Shown piece by piece: positions 29,234-39,116 of a DNA stretch of 64,000 bases (position 1 is the stretch's first letter; the number at the start of each line of letters is the position of its first letter). The DNA lies in the NCBI GenBank assembly GCA_965214835.1, contig CBDCCK010000002.1, forward strand, positions 1,184,001-1,248,000. The letters are read 5' to 3'. Below the pieces are notes generated by a model. It saw nothing but the letters and a program-made list of their open reading frames with translations. It was not told the DNA's origin and searched no databases. This DNA is from Nitrosopumilaceae archaeon. Its GTDB lineage: Archaea; Thermoproteota; Nitrososphaeria; Nitrososphaerales; Nitrosopumilaceae. Made by a program: the position numbers and the translations under genes.

Positions 29234-29587
29234 CTAGACTCTTGTTTTCTTTGTAAGTAAAATTACTTGTAGGTTATCATTATATAACCTGTCAGCGTTA
29301 TCTATTGCTTCCAGTATATGAAGCACATCATTTGAAGATTGAATTTCTTGTTCGTTTTCATGAATTTGTTCTCTTGTTTGATTATTACTAGCTCGTTTGA
29401 AATAATTTATCTTAAATGGAATTTGTTCAGTTTCTGGAATGTCTTGGTTTATTGCTAATTGTTTTGCTTGAATCATTGCCTTGTCATAACCACTTTCAGT
29501 TAATGCAGAATAATTGCATTGTTTTGCTTGAATCATTGCCTTGTCATAACCACTTTCAGTTAATGCAGAATAATGCACATAGGACAT
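29234..29587 (-). CDS. Hypothetical protein with 20-aa tandem duplication
   Basis: 117 aa, 3 bp upstream of 28715-29230. Confidence 0.55.
   Translation of the reverse strand: MSYVHYSALTESGYDKAMIQAKQCNYSALTESGYDKAMIQAKQLAINQDIPETEQIPFKINYFKRASNNQTREQIHENEQEIQSSNDVLHILEAIDNADRLYNDNLQVILLTKKTRV
29458..29574. repeat. Tandem duplication, 60-bp period
   Basis: 57 bp identical at 29458-29514 and 29518-29574. Confidence 0.95.
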
Positions 29588-29782
29588 ACATAAGATTCAA
29601 AATTGCCTACATGTTCCCCATACATTTTGAATGGAGCACTTTTTTTCTGTAACGATATAAAACATCTAGGACAACCTATATCGCCACTACTGTTTCTAAT
29701 GGGAGACTTGTTCATGATGTTAGTGCGCTATATCTTAATAAATACTTACTAAAGTAAGTTGAAAGTAAATCATTCCTGCTCA

Positions 29783-30063
29783 GGTTCTGTGCAATCTTGG
29801 ACACCTGAAATGTGGATCTTCTCAGGATTGAAATCTTGTGCCTAGGCAGAATCCTTGCCCAAGCTGGCGTTCTGGATTATGGTCTTCCACTTGTTCGTGC
29901 CGTCCACGCTTATCAGGGCCGATTCTGCCGGTGTCTGGCCGTTCAATGAACCGTGCTTTTTTGTGAAATTATAGTAAACCCTCATTCCATCAAGGATTGC
30001 AGTGTAGGTCTTTTTGAGGCCTCTGAATACCTTCTCACGGTCTCTAATCTCGCCGTTGAGCCT
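29783..30063 (-). pseudogene. IS6-like transposase C-terminal remnant
   Basis: RLNGEIRDREKVFRGLK..YYNFTKKHGSLNGQTPAE; same element at 51005-51270. Confidence 0.7.
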
Positions 30064-30419
30064 GCCCCAAGGGAGGATGCGGCATGGTGGCGCCGGATTC
30101 GGCATACGGCCCGTACTATAACTGCCGCCTGATTGCAGGCAGTGGTTGCGCGGCCTTGCATCGTCCCTAGAAAACATCGAGAAAACCCTGAAAGAAAAAC
30201 CCAAGCGGCCAGATTTTTTCTTGGCCGAGCCTGTCACTCCAACCCATTTCGTCCCCTAGCGCAAGCTACGGATCGACTCGGCGGATGGGTGTGCAGGATG
30301 ATTCCCTGCGTAACGGATCGTGTTCTGAAGGCTGCCGATTCCAGGCACAAGCCCTATTTTGATCGGCATTCGTTGGTAGCAAGATTCGCGTCTGAGCTGC
30401 CAGAGCCTGGCCTGTTGCG

Positions 30420-31583
30420 TTACGCAAGCCTTCTCAGCCACTCCCTGAAAAACGCATCAGAGATGACATAGACATCACCCTCTTTTTCCAGCAGTCCCCT
30501 CTCTTCTAGCGTCTTGACTGCCTTTGCCACACTAGATGGGGATCCAAGGGAATATCTTGCCCTAAACTCTGAAGAGTAAATCTCCCTGTCATCATCAGAA
30601 TCTGCCATGGACAAAAGCAGAGTCCTCTGCTTTCCTTTTACAGAGTCCCACAAGAAAGCATACGCATAGTTTTGGTTCTTTAGCACCTGCTCTGTCGCGT
30701 CAGAAGTTATCTTCTCTGTGACATGATCCGTCTTTCTTGACTTGCAAAGATTCCATATTTCATGACACATCTGCTGCGTATAATATGGGTGTGACTCGCT
30801 TATCCCCAATATCTTTTTTGTTACATCGTCGGAGATTTTGATTCCGGTTTTTTTGAGCTTGTCCCTGATGAATGCTGCAAACTCTTTTTGCGGAATCTTG
30901 CCGAGGTTGAATGATTTTCCAATCCGGAACAGCGCCTTGTTTTTGTCACTGAATATCTGGTCCATGAGGTGCCTCTGGCTTCCCATAAAGACGTATGATA
31001 CGGACTTGTGGTTCTGGATCTTTGATCTTAGGTTTTTTTCAATCTCTGCTCCATCAAGCCTTGTTATCTCCTGGAACTCATCAAATACGACGACCATCCT
31101 TTTTTTCCTCTTTTTTGCAACCTTTTCAGGCAGGTCATAGAGATTGGTCAGTACAGAGTCGACGTCTCCTTTTGCCTTTGAGAGTTCCAATTCCACACCA
31201 CCACCGCTCTGCAGATCAGAGGTTCCTTCCGGCCTTATGACCAGTTTTACCGGAGGGATGAGATCCCTTATCAGCCCTACTATCTCGTCAAGCTTTCCTG
31301 CCTTTGCCTTTGCAATCGAGCTTGCAAAAATGTCTGCAAGCTTTTCCTTGCTTGTTGCAGGATACAAGTCAACGTACACGCAGATTACCTTTTTTTTCTC
31401 AAGCTCCCTTATTGCCTTGAGGATTAGCGATGTCTTGCCGTATCTTCGAGGCGAGAACAGTATGATGTTGGTTCTGCCTGCCAGATCAGATACGAGTTCT
31501 GCAAGCTCGTCTTTTCTATCTGCAAAATACTGGCCGCTCACTATGGTACCAAAGACAAAGGGATTTTCTTCCAATGATTGCAT
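30420..31583 (-). CDS. Archaeal AAA-type ATPase with C-terminal winged helix
   Basis: Walker A SPRRYGKTS, Walker B VVVFDEFQ, SHPYYTQ, D.FF.EW. Confidence 0.88.
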   Translation of the reverse strand: MQSLEENPFVFGTIVSGQYFADRKDELAELVSDLAGRTNIILFSPRRYGKTSLILKAIRELEKKKVICVYVDLYPATSKEKLADIFASSIAKAKAGKLDEIVGLIRDLIPPVKLVIRPEGTSDLQSGGGVELELSKAKGDVDSVLTNLYDLPEKVAKKRKKRMVVVFDEFQEITRLDGAEIEKNLRSKIQNHKSVSYVFMGSQRHLMDQIFSDKNKALFRIGKSFNLGKIPQKEFAAFIRDKLKKTGIKISDDVTKKILGISESHPYYTQQMCHEIWNLCKSRKTDHVTEKITSDATEQVLKNQNYAYAFLWDSVKGKQRTLLLSMADSDDDREIYSSEFRARYSLGSPSSVAKAVKTLEERGLLEKEGDVYVISDAFFREWLRRLA

Positions 31584-31608
31584 GCTGAGGCATGGAGTTA
31601 ATAAGATT

Positions 31609-31637
31609 TCGCTATTTGGCGAGTCGCTATTTGGCGA
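31609..31637. promoter_or_regulatory. Tandem palindromic operator-like boxes upstream of ATPase
   Basis: TCGCTATTTGGCGA x2 at 15-bp period next to TATA-like sequence. Confidence 0.5.
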
Positions 31638-31673
31638 AATATGTCGAATGGTATTTCATAATTTGCCAGTGTC

Positions 31674-31863
31674 CGTAGTACACGCATCAAAAATTGCAAC
31701 ATAATTTTGACACATCGTGCCTATTTCGATAAGAAAACCCCCTTATCTGACATCATACTCCTCCCCTGCCTGCCCGTCAATAGCGGTTTCCCCCTCGGGC
31801 ATCTTTCTGACAAATGCCTGCGCGGGCGTCTCCTGGTTGTCCCAGTCCAGCGACCTGTGGGGC
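31674..31863 (-). pseudogene. IS481 transposase 3' remnant plus right end
   Basis: RPHRSLDWDNQETPAQAF; end homologous to 51943-52033 and 58800-58892. Confidence 0.65.
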
Positions 31864-32031
31864 CTGTAGTCAACACATAAAAAAAACGGATTGTTTTGAC
31901 AGCTGTTTTTGGCCCAAAGATCTAAGATCAGGCAGACCACACGCACATGCACTAGAAAACAGACAGAATTCGTAGCATCAAAGGGTAAATTCCTGCCATG
32001 CAAAGCATCCACACCTCCGCAAGGCGTACAG
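31864..32031. repeat. Family D dispersed repeat/MITE, copy 2
   Basis: CTGTAG...GTACAG ends; homologous to 10092-10258. Confidence 0.7.
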
Positions 32032-32317
32032 GAAGGACCCACAAGGGAGAACGCGATAGGCTGCTGCGGTCAGCCCGTCAGGCATCGAAGCAGCCTTGTC
32101 GGAAGGAACCCAGGATCTGACGTTAAGATGGGCTCAGCCGCTACACGGTAAATATCATTTCAATCCGGAGAAGATCCAGGTTTCATGCCCCGAAGATTGC
32201 ACAGAACCTTTTAACGTCATCCAAGTGTGGGATCCAAAAGGTAGTTTGCCCTCCATTATCTGGCATGATACTCCTCCCCGGCCTGCCCGTCTATGGCCTT
32301 TTCTCCCGCAGATGTGA

Positions 32318-32423
32318 CAGGTCGGGCTCTGGAAGTTCAGGCGTGAGCTTTACCGCCAAAGGGACCTTCGCAGATGTAATTCGTGCCTAAAATCATAAAT
32401 CACTTCGAGTCCGAGCTGTTACC
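32318..32423. repeat. ~100-bp MITE-like repeat (family E), copy 1
   Basis: Reverse-complement homologue of 48796-48899; inverted ends CAGGTCGGGCTC / GAGTCCGAGCTG. Confidence 0.7.
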
Positions 32424-32493
32424 CGGTTAGCAGTGTCGCCTGAGGAGTAAACTCCTCTACCGGCCACCCACGATCCAATTATATCCAAAAACC

Positions 32494-33387
32494 ATGACAG
32501 CATATCGAGTCCAGATGTCCAGGCCCCACAGATACACAGTCAATCCGGAATTTACAAACCTTGAAAAATTCGTCTGGGAGGGCCTCAACAACATCGGCAG
32601 ATCCATACCGCAGATAGGGCGGGAGGAAAACCCAGTCATTTCCGGCGACGAATCCAACACAAAATCAATGAACAGCCCAATCTGGCACAGCAAGGCCGAG
32701 CTGGATGAATATGTGGCAAGATCACTTGGGATAAACCAGGACGACTATCCAAAGCAAAAGGGAAAGAATCCGTTCTACAAGGCAGTTGCCAACGAGGTGG
32801 GAAGACTGCGCAGGGCGGGAATCTTGATAGACTGGAAGCACCTCCAAAAACGAAACACGGGGATGGGGGTGTGGAGGCTCGACAAGCAAAAGCTTGAGAC
32901 ATACGCGGATAGGCGTGCAAGGTCGGAGATAAAAAAGAAGAACTTTTACTCTTCGGGGTCAGAGTCGATGGTATACGTCAGGGCAAAGCAGGATGCCTTT
33001 CGAAGCGAGCTCTTGGCAGAATATGGAAAAAAATGCGCCCTGTGCGGGTTCATGATGCCCGAGTACACGATAGGCGCCCACATCGTCCCCTATTCCGTGA
33101 TGCGCGTCCAAGAGCCCCAAAACGCCATGAATCCTTCCAACGGGCTGCTGCTTTGCAGGTTCTGCGATGTCGCCTTTGAGAATGGGACAATAACAGTTGA
33201 GCAGGATCTGGGCATAAGCATATCCGAGCTGCTCAGGGATCGAAGGGAGGAGATCATAAAGAGGTGGATTGCGCCGATACCTCCCGAGCTGCGCATAAAA
33301 AAGAGTGCCAAGTACCCACCGGATTCAAGATTTCTGAAATGGAAAAAGGATCTGCTGGAAATAAAGGAAGGCCATGACAGAGGGTGA
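32494..33387 (+). CDS. HNH endonuclease with N-terminal winged-helix-like domain (type IV restriction-like)
   Basis: RAKQDAFRSELL..Y..CALCG, GAHIVPY, SNGLLLCRFCD.AFENG. Confidence 0.85.
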   Translation: MTAYRVQMSRPHRYTVNPEFTNLEKFVWEGLNNIGRSIPQIGREENPVISGDESNTKSMNSPIWHSKAELDEYVARSLGINQDDYPKQKGKNPFYKAVANEVGRLRRAGILIDWKHLQKRNTGMGVWRLDKQKLETYADRRARSEIKKKNFYSSGSESMVYVRAKQDAFRSELLAEYGKKCALCGFMMPEYTIGAHIVPYSVMRVQEPQNAMNPSNGLLLCRFCDVAFENGTITVEQDLGISISELLRDRREEIIKRWIAPIPPELRIKKSAKYPPDSRFLKWKKDLLEIKEGHDRG

Positions 33388-33800
33388 TCTCAAAAAGCCT
33401 GCAGTAAAATTGAGAGCATCCAAGGTGATCAAGACAAAGAGCATATGCGGATCAAAGGAATATGGCGATGGCCCAAGGGTTCTGATAACGAGGTACTATC
33501 CCAGAGGCGTCAAAAAAACCCACTTTGACAGGTGGATGAGGGAGCCTGCGCCCAGCCGGGAACTGTTGCGCAGATACAAGAACGGGCAAAGTCAGCTGGG
33601 CGGATCCTGCGCTGCCATTCAAGCTCGGGCTGCAGGAGAACCAAAACAGCATCAATACCATCAAGTCACCGAAGGCAGAATCAGGACATTTCCATGTAAC
33701 TCTGCTGTGCTATGAGCCGGCGGGCGCCCTGCCACAGGCACCTGCTAAAAGAGATCATTGGGAACCCGGGCCTTCTAAATGCCGATTTTGTGCGAGTATG
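33374..33800 (+). pseudogene. DUF488-family protein, frameshifted twice
   Basis: DGPRVLITRYYPRGVKK..APSRELL; then VTLLCYE and PCHRHLL in shifted frames; end approximate. Confidence 0.7.
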
Positions 33801-33972
33801 CTTATTGCCACAAGTAGCGATGGGAAAACATGCCGCATGCAAGCTTGCATCGCATCCTGATTCTCCAGTGTGGATGCTTTCCCACACCCACTCGGCATTG
33901 TCGGGGTTTTTTCTAATCCATTTGTAAGCCCACCGCTCAAGTCTGCTGGCCGGGCGCATGCAGACCCACGCC

Positions 33973-34065
33973 GTAAGAGTCTAGCCCCCCTAGGCGACAC
34001 TGCGGGTTCGGGCCTTGATCACCGATGCCTACACTGCTGTATCTTCTGGAGTGGCAAACTCTTAC
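33973..34065. mobile_element. IS66-derived MITE (family A), copy 3 (reverse orientation)
   Basis: GTAAGAGTCTAGCCCC / GGCAAACTCTTAC; degenerate 9-bp TSD ACCCACGCC / CCCCACACC. Confidence 0.8.
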
Positions 34066-34131
34066 CCCCACACCGCCGCATTTGCTTTTATCGCCTGACT
34101 AAAATAGCCCCCAAAAAAAACAGCACTTAGA

Positions 34132-35391
34132 TTGAATCGGCGACTGGCAAACTTCTCCAAGACTGCCGGGCCCGGGATTTTGTTTGCATGTACTGCCATA
34201 GGCGTATCCCACCTAGTACAGTCGACCCGTGCCGGCGCCGAGTTTGGCCTGATGCTGATCGGCTTTGTAATGCTTGCCAACATCCTAAAGTATCCGTTCT
34301 TTGAGTACGGCTCAAGATATGCAAGCGCGACGGGCACCAGCATCATTGACGGATACCAGAAACTGGGAAAAGGCGCGCTGTGGCTTTACTTTGCAATCAC
34401 GGTCGCCTCGATGTTCTTTGTCACCGGTGCCGTGGGATTTGTAACTGCCGGGTTCTTCCAGAACCTGTTCCAGGTCGGGTTTCTTCAGGAATGGACCATC
34501 GTCATCTTGTTTGCAGTATGCGTCCTGATTCTGGCCGTAGGCAGGTACGGCGCGCTGGACGGCATCATCAAGATCATCGCCATCGTGCTGCTGATCTCGA
34601 CAGTCTCTGCGTTCTTGTTTGCGGTATGGAACGGCCCGGCCACCCCCGTGGAGGGGTTTGCCCCTAGGGAGCTGTGGGATGATGCGGGAATCTTCTTCCT
34701 GCTGGCACTGATGGGGTGGATGCCGACTGCACTGGATCTTTCCAGCTGGAACAGCCTGTGGACCTTGGAGAGGATGAGGCAGACAGGATACAGGCCAAAA
34801 CTCGGCGAGACCCTCTTTGAGTTCCGGATAGCCTATGTCATAACTGCCGCACTAGCAGTGATGTTCGTCACGCTGGGCTCCCACATCTTCTTTGGCTCCG
34901 GCGAGGAGCTCTCAAACAACAACGCGGACTTTGCCCAGCAGATAGTCACGCTGTACACGCAGACCATTGGCCAGTGGAGCTATATCATCATCTCGGCATC
35001 TGCCTTTACCGTGATGTTTGGAACCATAATAGCAGTCTTTGACGGGTATTCCCGTTCCCTCAGGCGCACGACGGAGCTGCTGTTTGCAAGGAGTCACTCC
35101 GTCAGGACCAGGCCCAGGGCGGTGAGCGCCGCGTTCCTGTTGGTGCTGGCAGCCGGCTCCCTGATCGTCGTATTCTGGTTCGGAAACAACCTGCGCGAGC
35201 TGGTGGACTTTGCAACGGTCCTCTCCTTTGTGATTGCGCCGGTAATCGCAGTCTTTAACCTCAGGCTGGTGACGGGCAGGCACCTTGAGAAGGCCTTCAG
35301 GCCCCCCATTCCGTTGAAGATCCTAAGCTACGGGGGCATTGCATTCCTGGTGGGCTTTGCCGCAGTCTTTGTCATCACCCGGTTCAGCTGA
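34132..35391 (+). CDS. NRAMP-like divalent metal/solute transporter
   Basis: GPGILFACTAIGVSHLVQSTRAGA, GWMP, ~11 TM helices. Confidence 0.85.
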   Translation: MNRRLANFSKTAGPGILFACTAIGVSHLVQSTRAGAEFGLMLIGFVMLANILKYPFFEYGSRYASATGTSIIDGYQKLGKGALWLYFAITVASMFFVTGAVGFVTAGFFQNLFQVGFLQEWTIVILFAVCVLILAVGRYGALDGIIKIIAIVLLISTVSAFLFAVWNGPATPVEGFAPRELWDDAGIFFLLALMGWMPTALDLSSWNSLWTLERMRQTGYRPKLGETLFEFRIAYVITAALAVMFVTLGSHIFFGSGEELSNNNADFAQQIVTLYTQTIGQWSYIIISASAFTVMFGTIIAVFDGYSRSLRRTTELLFARSHSVRTRPRAVSAAFLLVLAAGSLIVVFWFGNNLRELVDFATVLSFVIAPVIAVFNLRLVTGRHLEKAFRPPIPLKILSYGGIAFLVGFAAVFVITRFS

Positions 35392-35733
35392 TCTCCTTGG
35401 CCCTTTCTCAGCATGAACCGGCGGTTTTCTTGTGAGCGGTTTGAGCAAAACGCTGCGCATCCATGCCGGAAAGCAATATCGTGGACGGTTCATAAAGGCC
35501 GCGTGAACGTCCAAATTTTTTACCAGCTTGCCAAGCCAGCTGATAGATGATGTGATTTTTGCAAGTATTTTGATCCGTACGAGGTCAAGTCCCCTACGGG
35601 CCATGCATGAAAATCACTGTTGCATGTAAATTCATGCCTGATTGGCAAAGGGGATGTGACCTCGTACGCTTGTCAATATGTGCGGCCACCTGTCCTTAAC
35701 CAATTGGGCATGGCTTTGTGATTGCCATGCCTA

Positions 35734-36839
35734 TAGCAACGGTCACAAGTAATTGAGGGCTTTGACCGGCGATCTGTAAATGTACTTGTACATGCAAAGG
35801 TGGGCAAATGACACCGTCCTATAATATTCGGATATGGTGTGCCGCAGCTCGCTGATCCTTCTGTACACTATCCCCCTGAAAACAAAATGTTTGCCCAGGT
35901 TCCAGCATTCTTCCACGATATTGAGGTACGGCGATCCTTTCGGAATCATTATCAGTCTGACGTCGGGATGGCCCGCCAGATATTCTGCGACATCAGTAGA
36001 TCTGTGCACACTCCACCTATCGCAAAAGACTGCAACCTTGCCAAACTTGATGCGCAGCGCCTCCAGACATTCTATGAACTGCACCGACGTAAACGATCCC
36101 GTAAACGTCCTGAATAGCCTTCTGCCGTCTTCTGCGATGCTTCCAAACACGGCCACCTTTGTGTGGTCCCCCGAATACGATGCCACGCTTCTGGTGCCGA
36201 CCGGACCCCACACGTATCTGTCGTATGCGCCCTGCACGAAGAACGCCTCATCAGATGACACCAGCGTAAAACCGTCGTTTTTCAGGCACGGAATCCGCAC
36301 GTTTTCAAGGTATCGCTGCCACGAGTATACCGAGCTTGGGGTGGCATGGTTGACATGTATGTTTTGCACCTTGCGGCGCGACAGGCCGTGCTGGCACATC
36401 AGTCTTCGGACATGCTCTATGCTGTATTCTATCCCGGTGGCATTCCTTATGTCATCGCGTACCGTCATGACATCGGTACTTTTGCATGCAGTGGACAGAT
36501 CCATTATGGCTGCAATACTTTCTCTGTCCACCTTTGATCTGCATCCGGAACGGGGAAGATCCCGGAGACCGTCTATGCCGCCCTCCGAAAACCTCGCCAG
36601 CCAGTTGCGCACGGAATTCTCACTGCACCGGATCTTTCTTGCAGTCTCGGGTACGCCCATGTCGTCTTCTAGCACAAACATCAGCGCCATGATCTTCTTG
36701 TAGACTTTGACATCCTTTTCTTTGCGCATGGCCTCTGACAGAATGTCTGTTTCTTTTGTCATACATACTGCGCCAGTTACGTGATCATTATACCTTTCGA
36801 ATGACCTTGTTTTGGCTCAAAGACTTATGCTCGTTGCTA
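35734..36839 (-). mobile_element. IS630-family element, apparently intact
   Basis: TIRs TAGCAACG / CGTTGCTA flanked by TA on each side. Confidence 0.85.
35743..36762 (-). CDS. IS630 transposase
   Basis: HTH, SSDEAF, FCDRWSVH, PKGSPYLNIVEECW. Confidence 0.9.
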   Translation of the reverse strand: MTKETDILSEAMRKEKDVKVYKKIMALMFVLEDDMGVPETARKIRCSENSVRNWLARFSEGGIDGLRDLPRSGCRSKVDRESIAAIMDLSTACKSTDVMTVRDDIRNATGIEYSIEHVRRLMCQHGLSRRKVQNIHVNHATPSSVYSWQRYLENVRIPCLKNDGFTLVSSDEAFFVQGAYDRYVWGPVGTRSVASYSGDHTKVAVFGSIAEDGRRLFRTFTGSFTSVQFIECLEALRIKFGKVAVFCDRWSVHRSTDVAEYLAGHPDVRLIMIPKGSPYLNIVEECWNLGKHFVFRGIVYRRISELRHTISEYYRTVSFAHLCMYKYIYRSPVKALNYL

Positions 36840-36950
36840 TAGTGAGGGGATGTCGCACCATGCCTTGGATCCTATCTGGGATTATATTTGCAGCGGCCCC
36901 TCCATTGCAGTGCACGCCAAGAGCCTTTACGCTTGGCGCAGGACTGAACA

Positions 36951-38360
36951 CTATCCTGTCCACGTCCCAAACCCGTATTCATGACATATTTTATAGTGGC
37001 CGTGTATCTCGTCTTGCCACCTCCCCTTGATGGACAGCCGGCGAAGGGACTTTTCCATCATGGCCATCTTTGCCGAGTATTGATAATCCCTCTCGATCAG
37101 GTGCTCTACAAATGGCTCCCTTGGCAGCGCGCTGCTCTTGTCCAGGTTGCACTCTGCACATGCGAGAACCAGGTTCCATGCATTGTTGTCAAATATGTAA
37201 GACCACGGGATAAAATGATCCACGTGGACGCTGCCGGCCTCCAGTGTTCCATTGCAGTAAAAGCAGTGCCCAGAGTGTTCCAGAAAGGCCTTCTTGTACT
37301 TTGTGAGCGGGCCTCGTTTGGCCTCCTCGTCGTCGATCTTTGCGGCAAGCATGGGAAGCCCGTGGTTTACGCGTTCGAGATAGCGGATCCATTCTGCAAG
37401 GAGCGCGCGCGTCAGCAGTCCGTAGTTCTGCCTGAAAAAGTCATGCGCCTCGGGCCTTAGGAATATCTTTTTTTCCTCGTCGTCATAGTCATAGAAAATG
37501 TTGGTGTCACGCGTCGTCTTTCCGACTACGATCTTCTGGAACCTCTGTACGACCATCCCCTTCTTCTTCTTGGCCGGGCCAAAGATGTTCTCAAGTATCT
37601 TCTTCCTTGCTATTCTCAGATCGTCTTGGCTAAGCCGCTTGAACTTTTGCGGGGGCTTTTCCCCAAACGTATCCTCCAGTATCTGCATCACCACGGGGGT
37701 CTTTTTGGTGTGAAAGTCCTGCTTCATCCTGAATCTGTATTTCTGATACCAGTAGTGCTTGAGAAACTCCCCGGCAAGATAGTCGTAGGGTATCTCGCTG
37801 GTTCTGCCCGTGGCCGGGTTGTTCTTGCAATAGTCAAGGATGGTCTTTCCCAGGGCAAACTTGTACGTGTTGTCCTTTTTCCCCTTGGATATTATCGACA
37901 AAAAGGCCGTTTTCATGCTCATGTCAACCTCGGGAGGGGGCACTCCTTGGCTCCTGGACATCCCAACTACGGGCGCACTCACCGGAATGTCCGGATCTTC
38001 CAGCCGCATCAGCGTGGTCCGCTTTTTGCTGCTCCAGTCCGCAATGATCCCCTTTTTACGGAGCTTTATCAGCTCCCTGCTTGTGGTTATTCTCAGATCA
38101 TCTGACTTTCTGCCTTCCCCCCACAGGGAGGGCGGTAGGTGCAGCTGGCCTGCCACCCATTCATCCAGATCACTCTTCTTGTGCCATACCGGACGATCGC
38201 CATACGGCAGCTGCCGCTTGTCGCCTGCATGATGTCTGCTGCCAAGCTCGTCTATCGTCTTGCCCCCGTGCTTTAAGCGATGCAGGATTATGCCCGGGAC
38301 GGCCATGCGTTGCTCGATGCTCAGGGATTTTGATGCCATACGGTATGGTGGTAGCTGCAT
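36951..38360 (-). CDS. HNH endonuclease (TYKFAL-type) with N-terminal winged-helix-like domain
   Basis: DNTYKFALG, CFYC, HVDHFIPWS, WNLVLACAECNLDKS. Confidence 0.85.
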   Translation of the reverse strand: MQLPPYRMASKSLSIEQRMAVPGIILHRLKHGGKTIDELGSRHHAGDKRQLPYGDRPVWHKKSDLDEWVAGQLHLPPSLWGEGRKSDDLRITTSRELIKLRKKGIIADWSSKKRTTLMRLEDPDIPVSAPVVGMSRSQGVPPPEVDMSMKTAFLSIISKGKKDNTYKFALGKTILDYCKNNPATGRTSEIPYDYLAGEFLKHYWYQKYRFRMKQDFHTKKTPVVMQILEDTFGEKPPQKFKRLSQDDLRIARKKILENIFGPAKKKKGMVVQRFQKIVVGKTTRDTNIFYDYDDEEKKIFLRPEAHDFFRQNYGLLTRALLAEWIRYLERVNHGLPMLAAKIDDEEAKRGPLTKYKKAFLEHSGHCFYCNGTLEAGSVHVDHFIPWSYIFDNNAWNLVLACAECNLDKSSALPREPFVEHLIERDYQYSAKMAMMEKSLRRLSIKGRWQDEIHGHYKICHEYGFGTWTG

Positions 38361-38428
38361 GAAATAAGAGTTTCAGGCCCAGGCGTATCCCGTTGTCCCT
38401 GCACTGGGTAAAAACGGACTCTGCAAGC

Positions 38429-38950
38429 CTATCTTACCTTTCTGACCAGCGTGAACCGGCACCGCTCGGGATCGATCTCCTCGTGCATCTGCACGTTGCT
38501 GATGATTTTGACCTGAAAGTCAAGCCATCTTGAATACATCCCACGGCGCCCCTCGTCGTCCTCGACCGTCCCCTCTTTTTCAAAAGGCACCTCAAAGCTG
38601 GCAATATACCTTGAGGAGATCCTGTACATCTCTTCTGTCATTTTTCTGGCGTGGGCATCATCCAGACAGCTGAAGAACTTGTGGGTAAACACAAAGTCAA
38701 ACCGGCCCCCTGCATACGGCGTCTCCAGAGGGCTGCCCTGCCTGAACTCAAATGACGGGTACCTCTCGATGATCCTTTCGAGCGTCCGGGGATCCTGTGT
38801 TATTCCGGACACATCCATACCTTGGGAAAACCCTGAAAGATCCTCCGCATAGCAGCATCCTGCATACAGGATCTTCGTAGTATTCAGGGAGGCTGCCAGA
38901 TCCCTGACGAATCTGGAGAACTCGTTGGTTTTCATAGTTCGTGACTGCAC
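38429..38950 (-). CDS. Class I SAM-dependent methyltransferase-like protein
   Basis: ILYAGC, FDFVFT, EMYRISSRYI; start likely ~38935. Confidence 0.7.
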   Translation of the reverse strand: MQSRTMKTNEFSRFVRDLAASLNTTKILYAGCCYAEDLSGFSQGMDVSGITQDPRTLERIIERYPSFEFRQGSPLETPYAGGRFDFVFTHKFFSCLDDAHARKMTEEMYRISSRYIASFEVPFEKEGTVEDDEGRRGMYSRWLDFQVKIISNVQMHEEIDPERCRFTLVRKVR

Positions 38951-39108
38951 CTGCAGGCTATCATTTTAGTATCAAAGGTGCAGTCGTGCGGGCCCTCTGA
39001 CCTTGCAGTCGTGGGGATCTCCCCCATGCAGTCGTCATGGCGGCCCTTTTTGCAAAACCAGCAGATGTCCGGTGCCCGGCTGCCGGTACACGAGTCCATC
39101 TTGGCCAT
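38932..39108 (-). CDS. Small Cys/His-rich putative zinc-binding protein
   Basis: CWFC..H..C ... CRCSH; coupled to neighbours. Confidence 0.55.
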   Translation of the reverse strand: MAKMDSCTGSRAPDICWFCKKGRHDDCMGEIPTTARSEGPHDCTFDTKMIACRCSHEL

Positions 39109-39116
39109 GGCCTGTC

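Noticed and set aside
29458-29574. Possible CRISPR array
   Set aside because: Only two adjacent copies, no spacers, in-frame within an ORF; no cas genes in the window.
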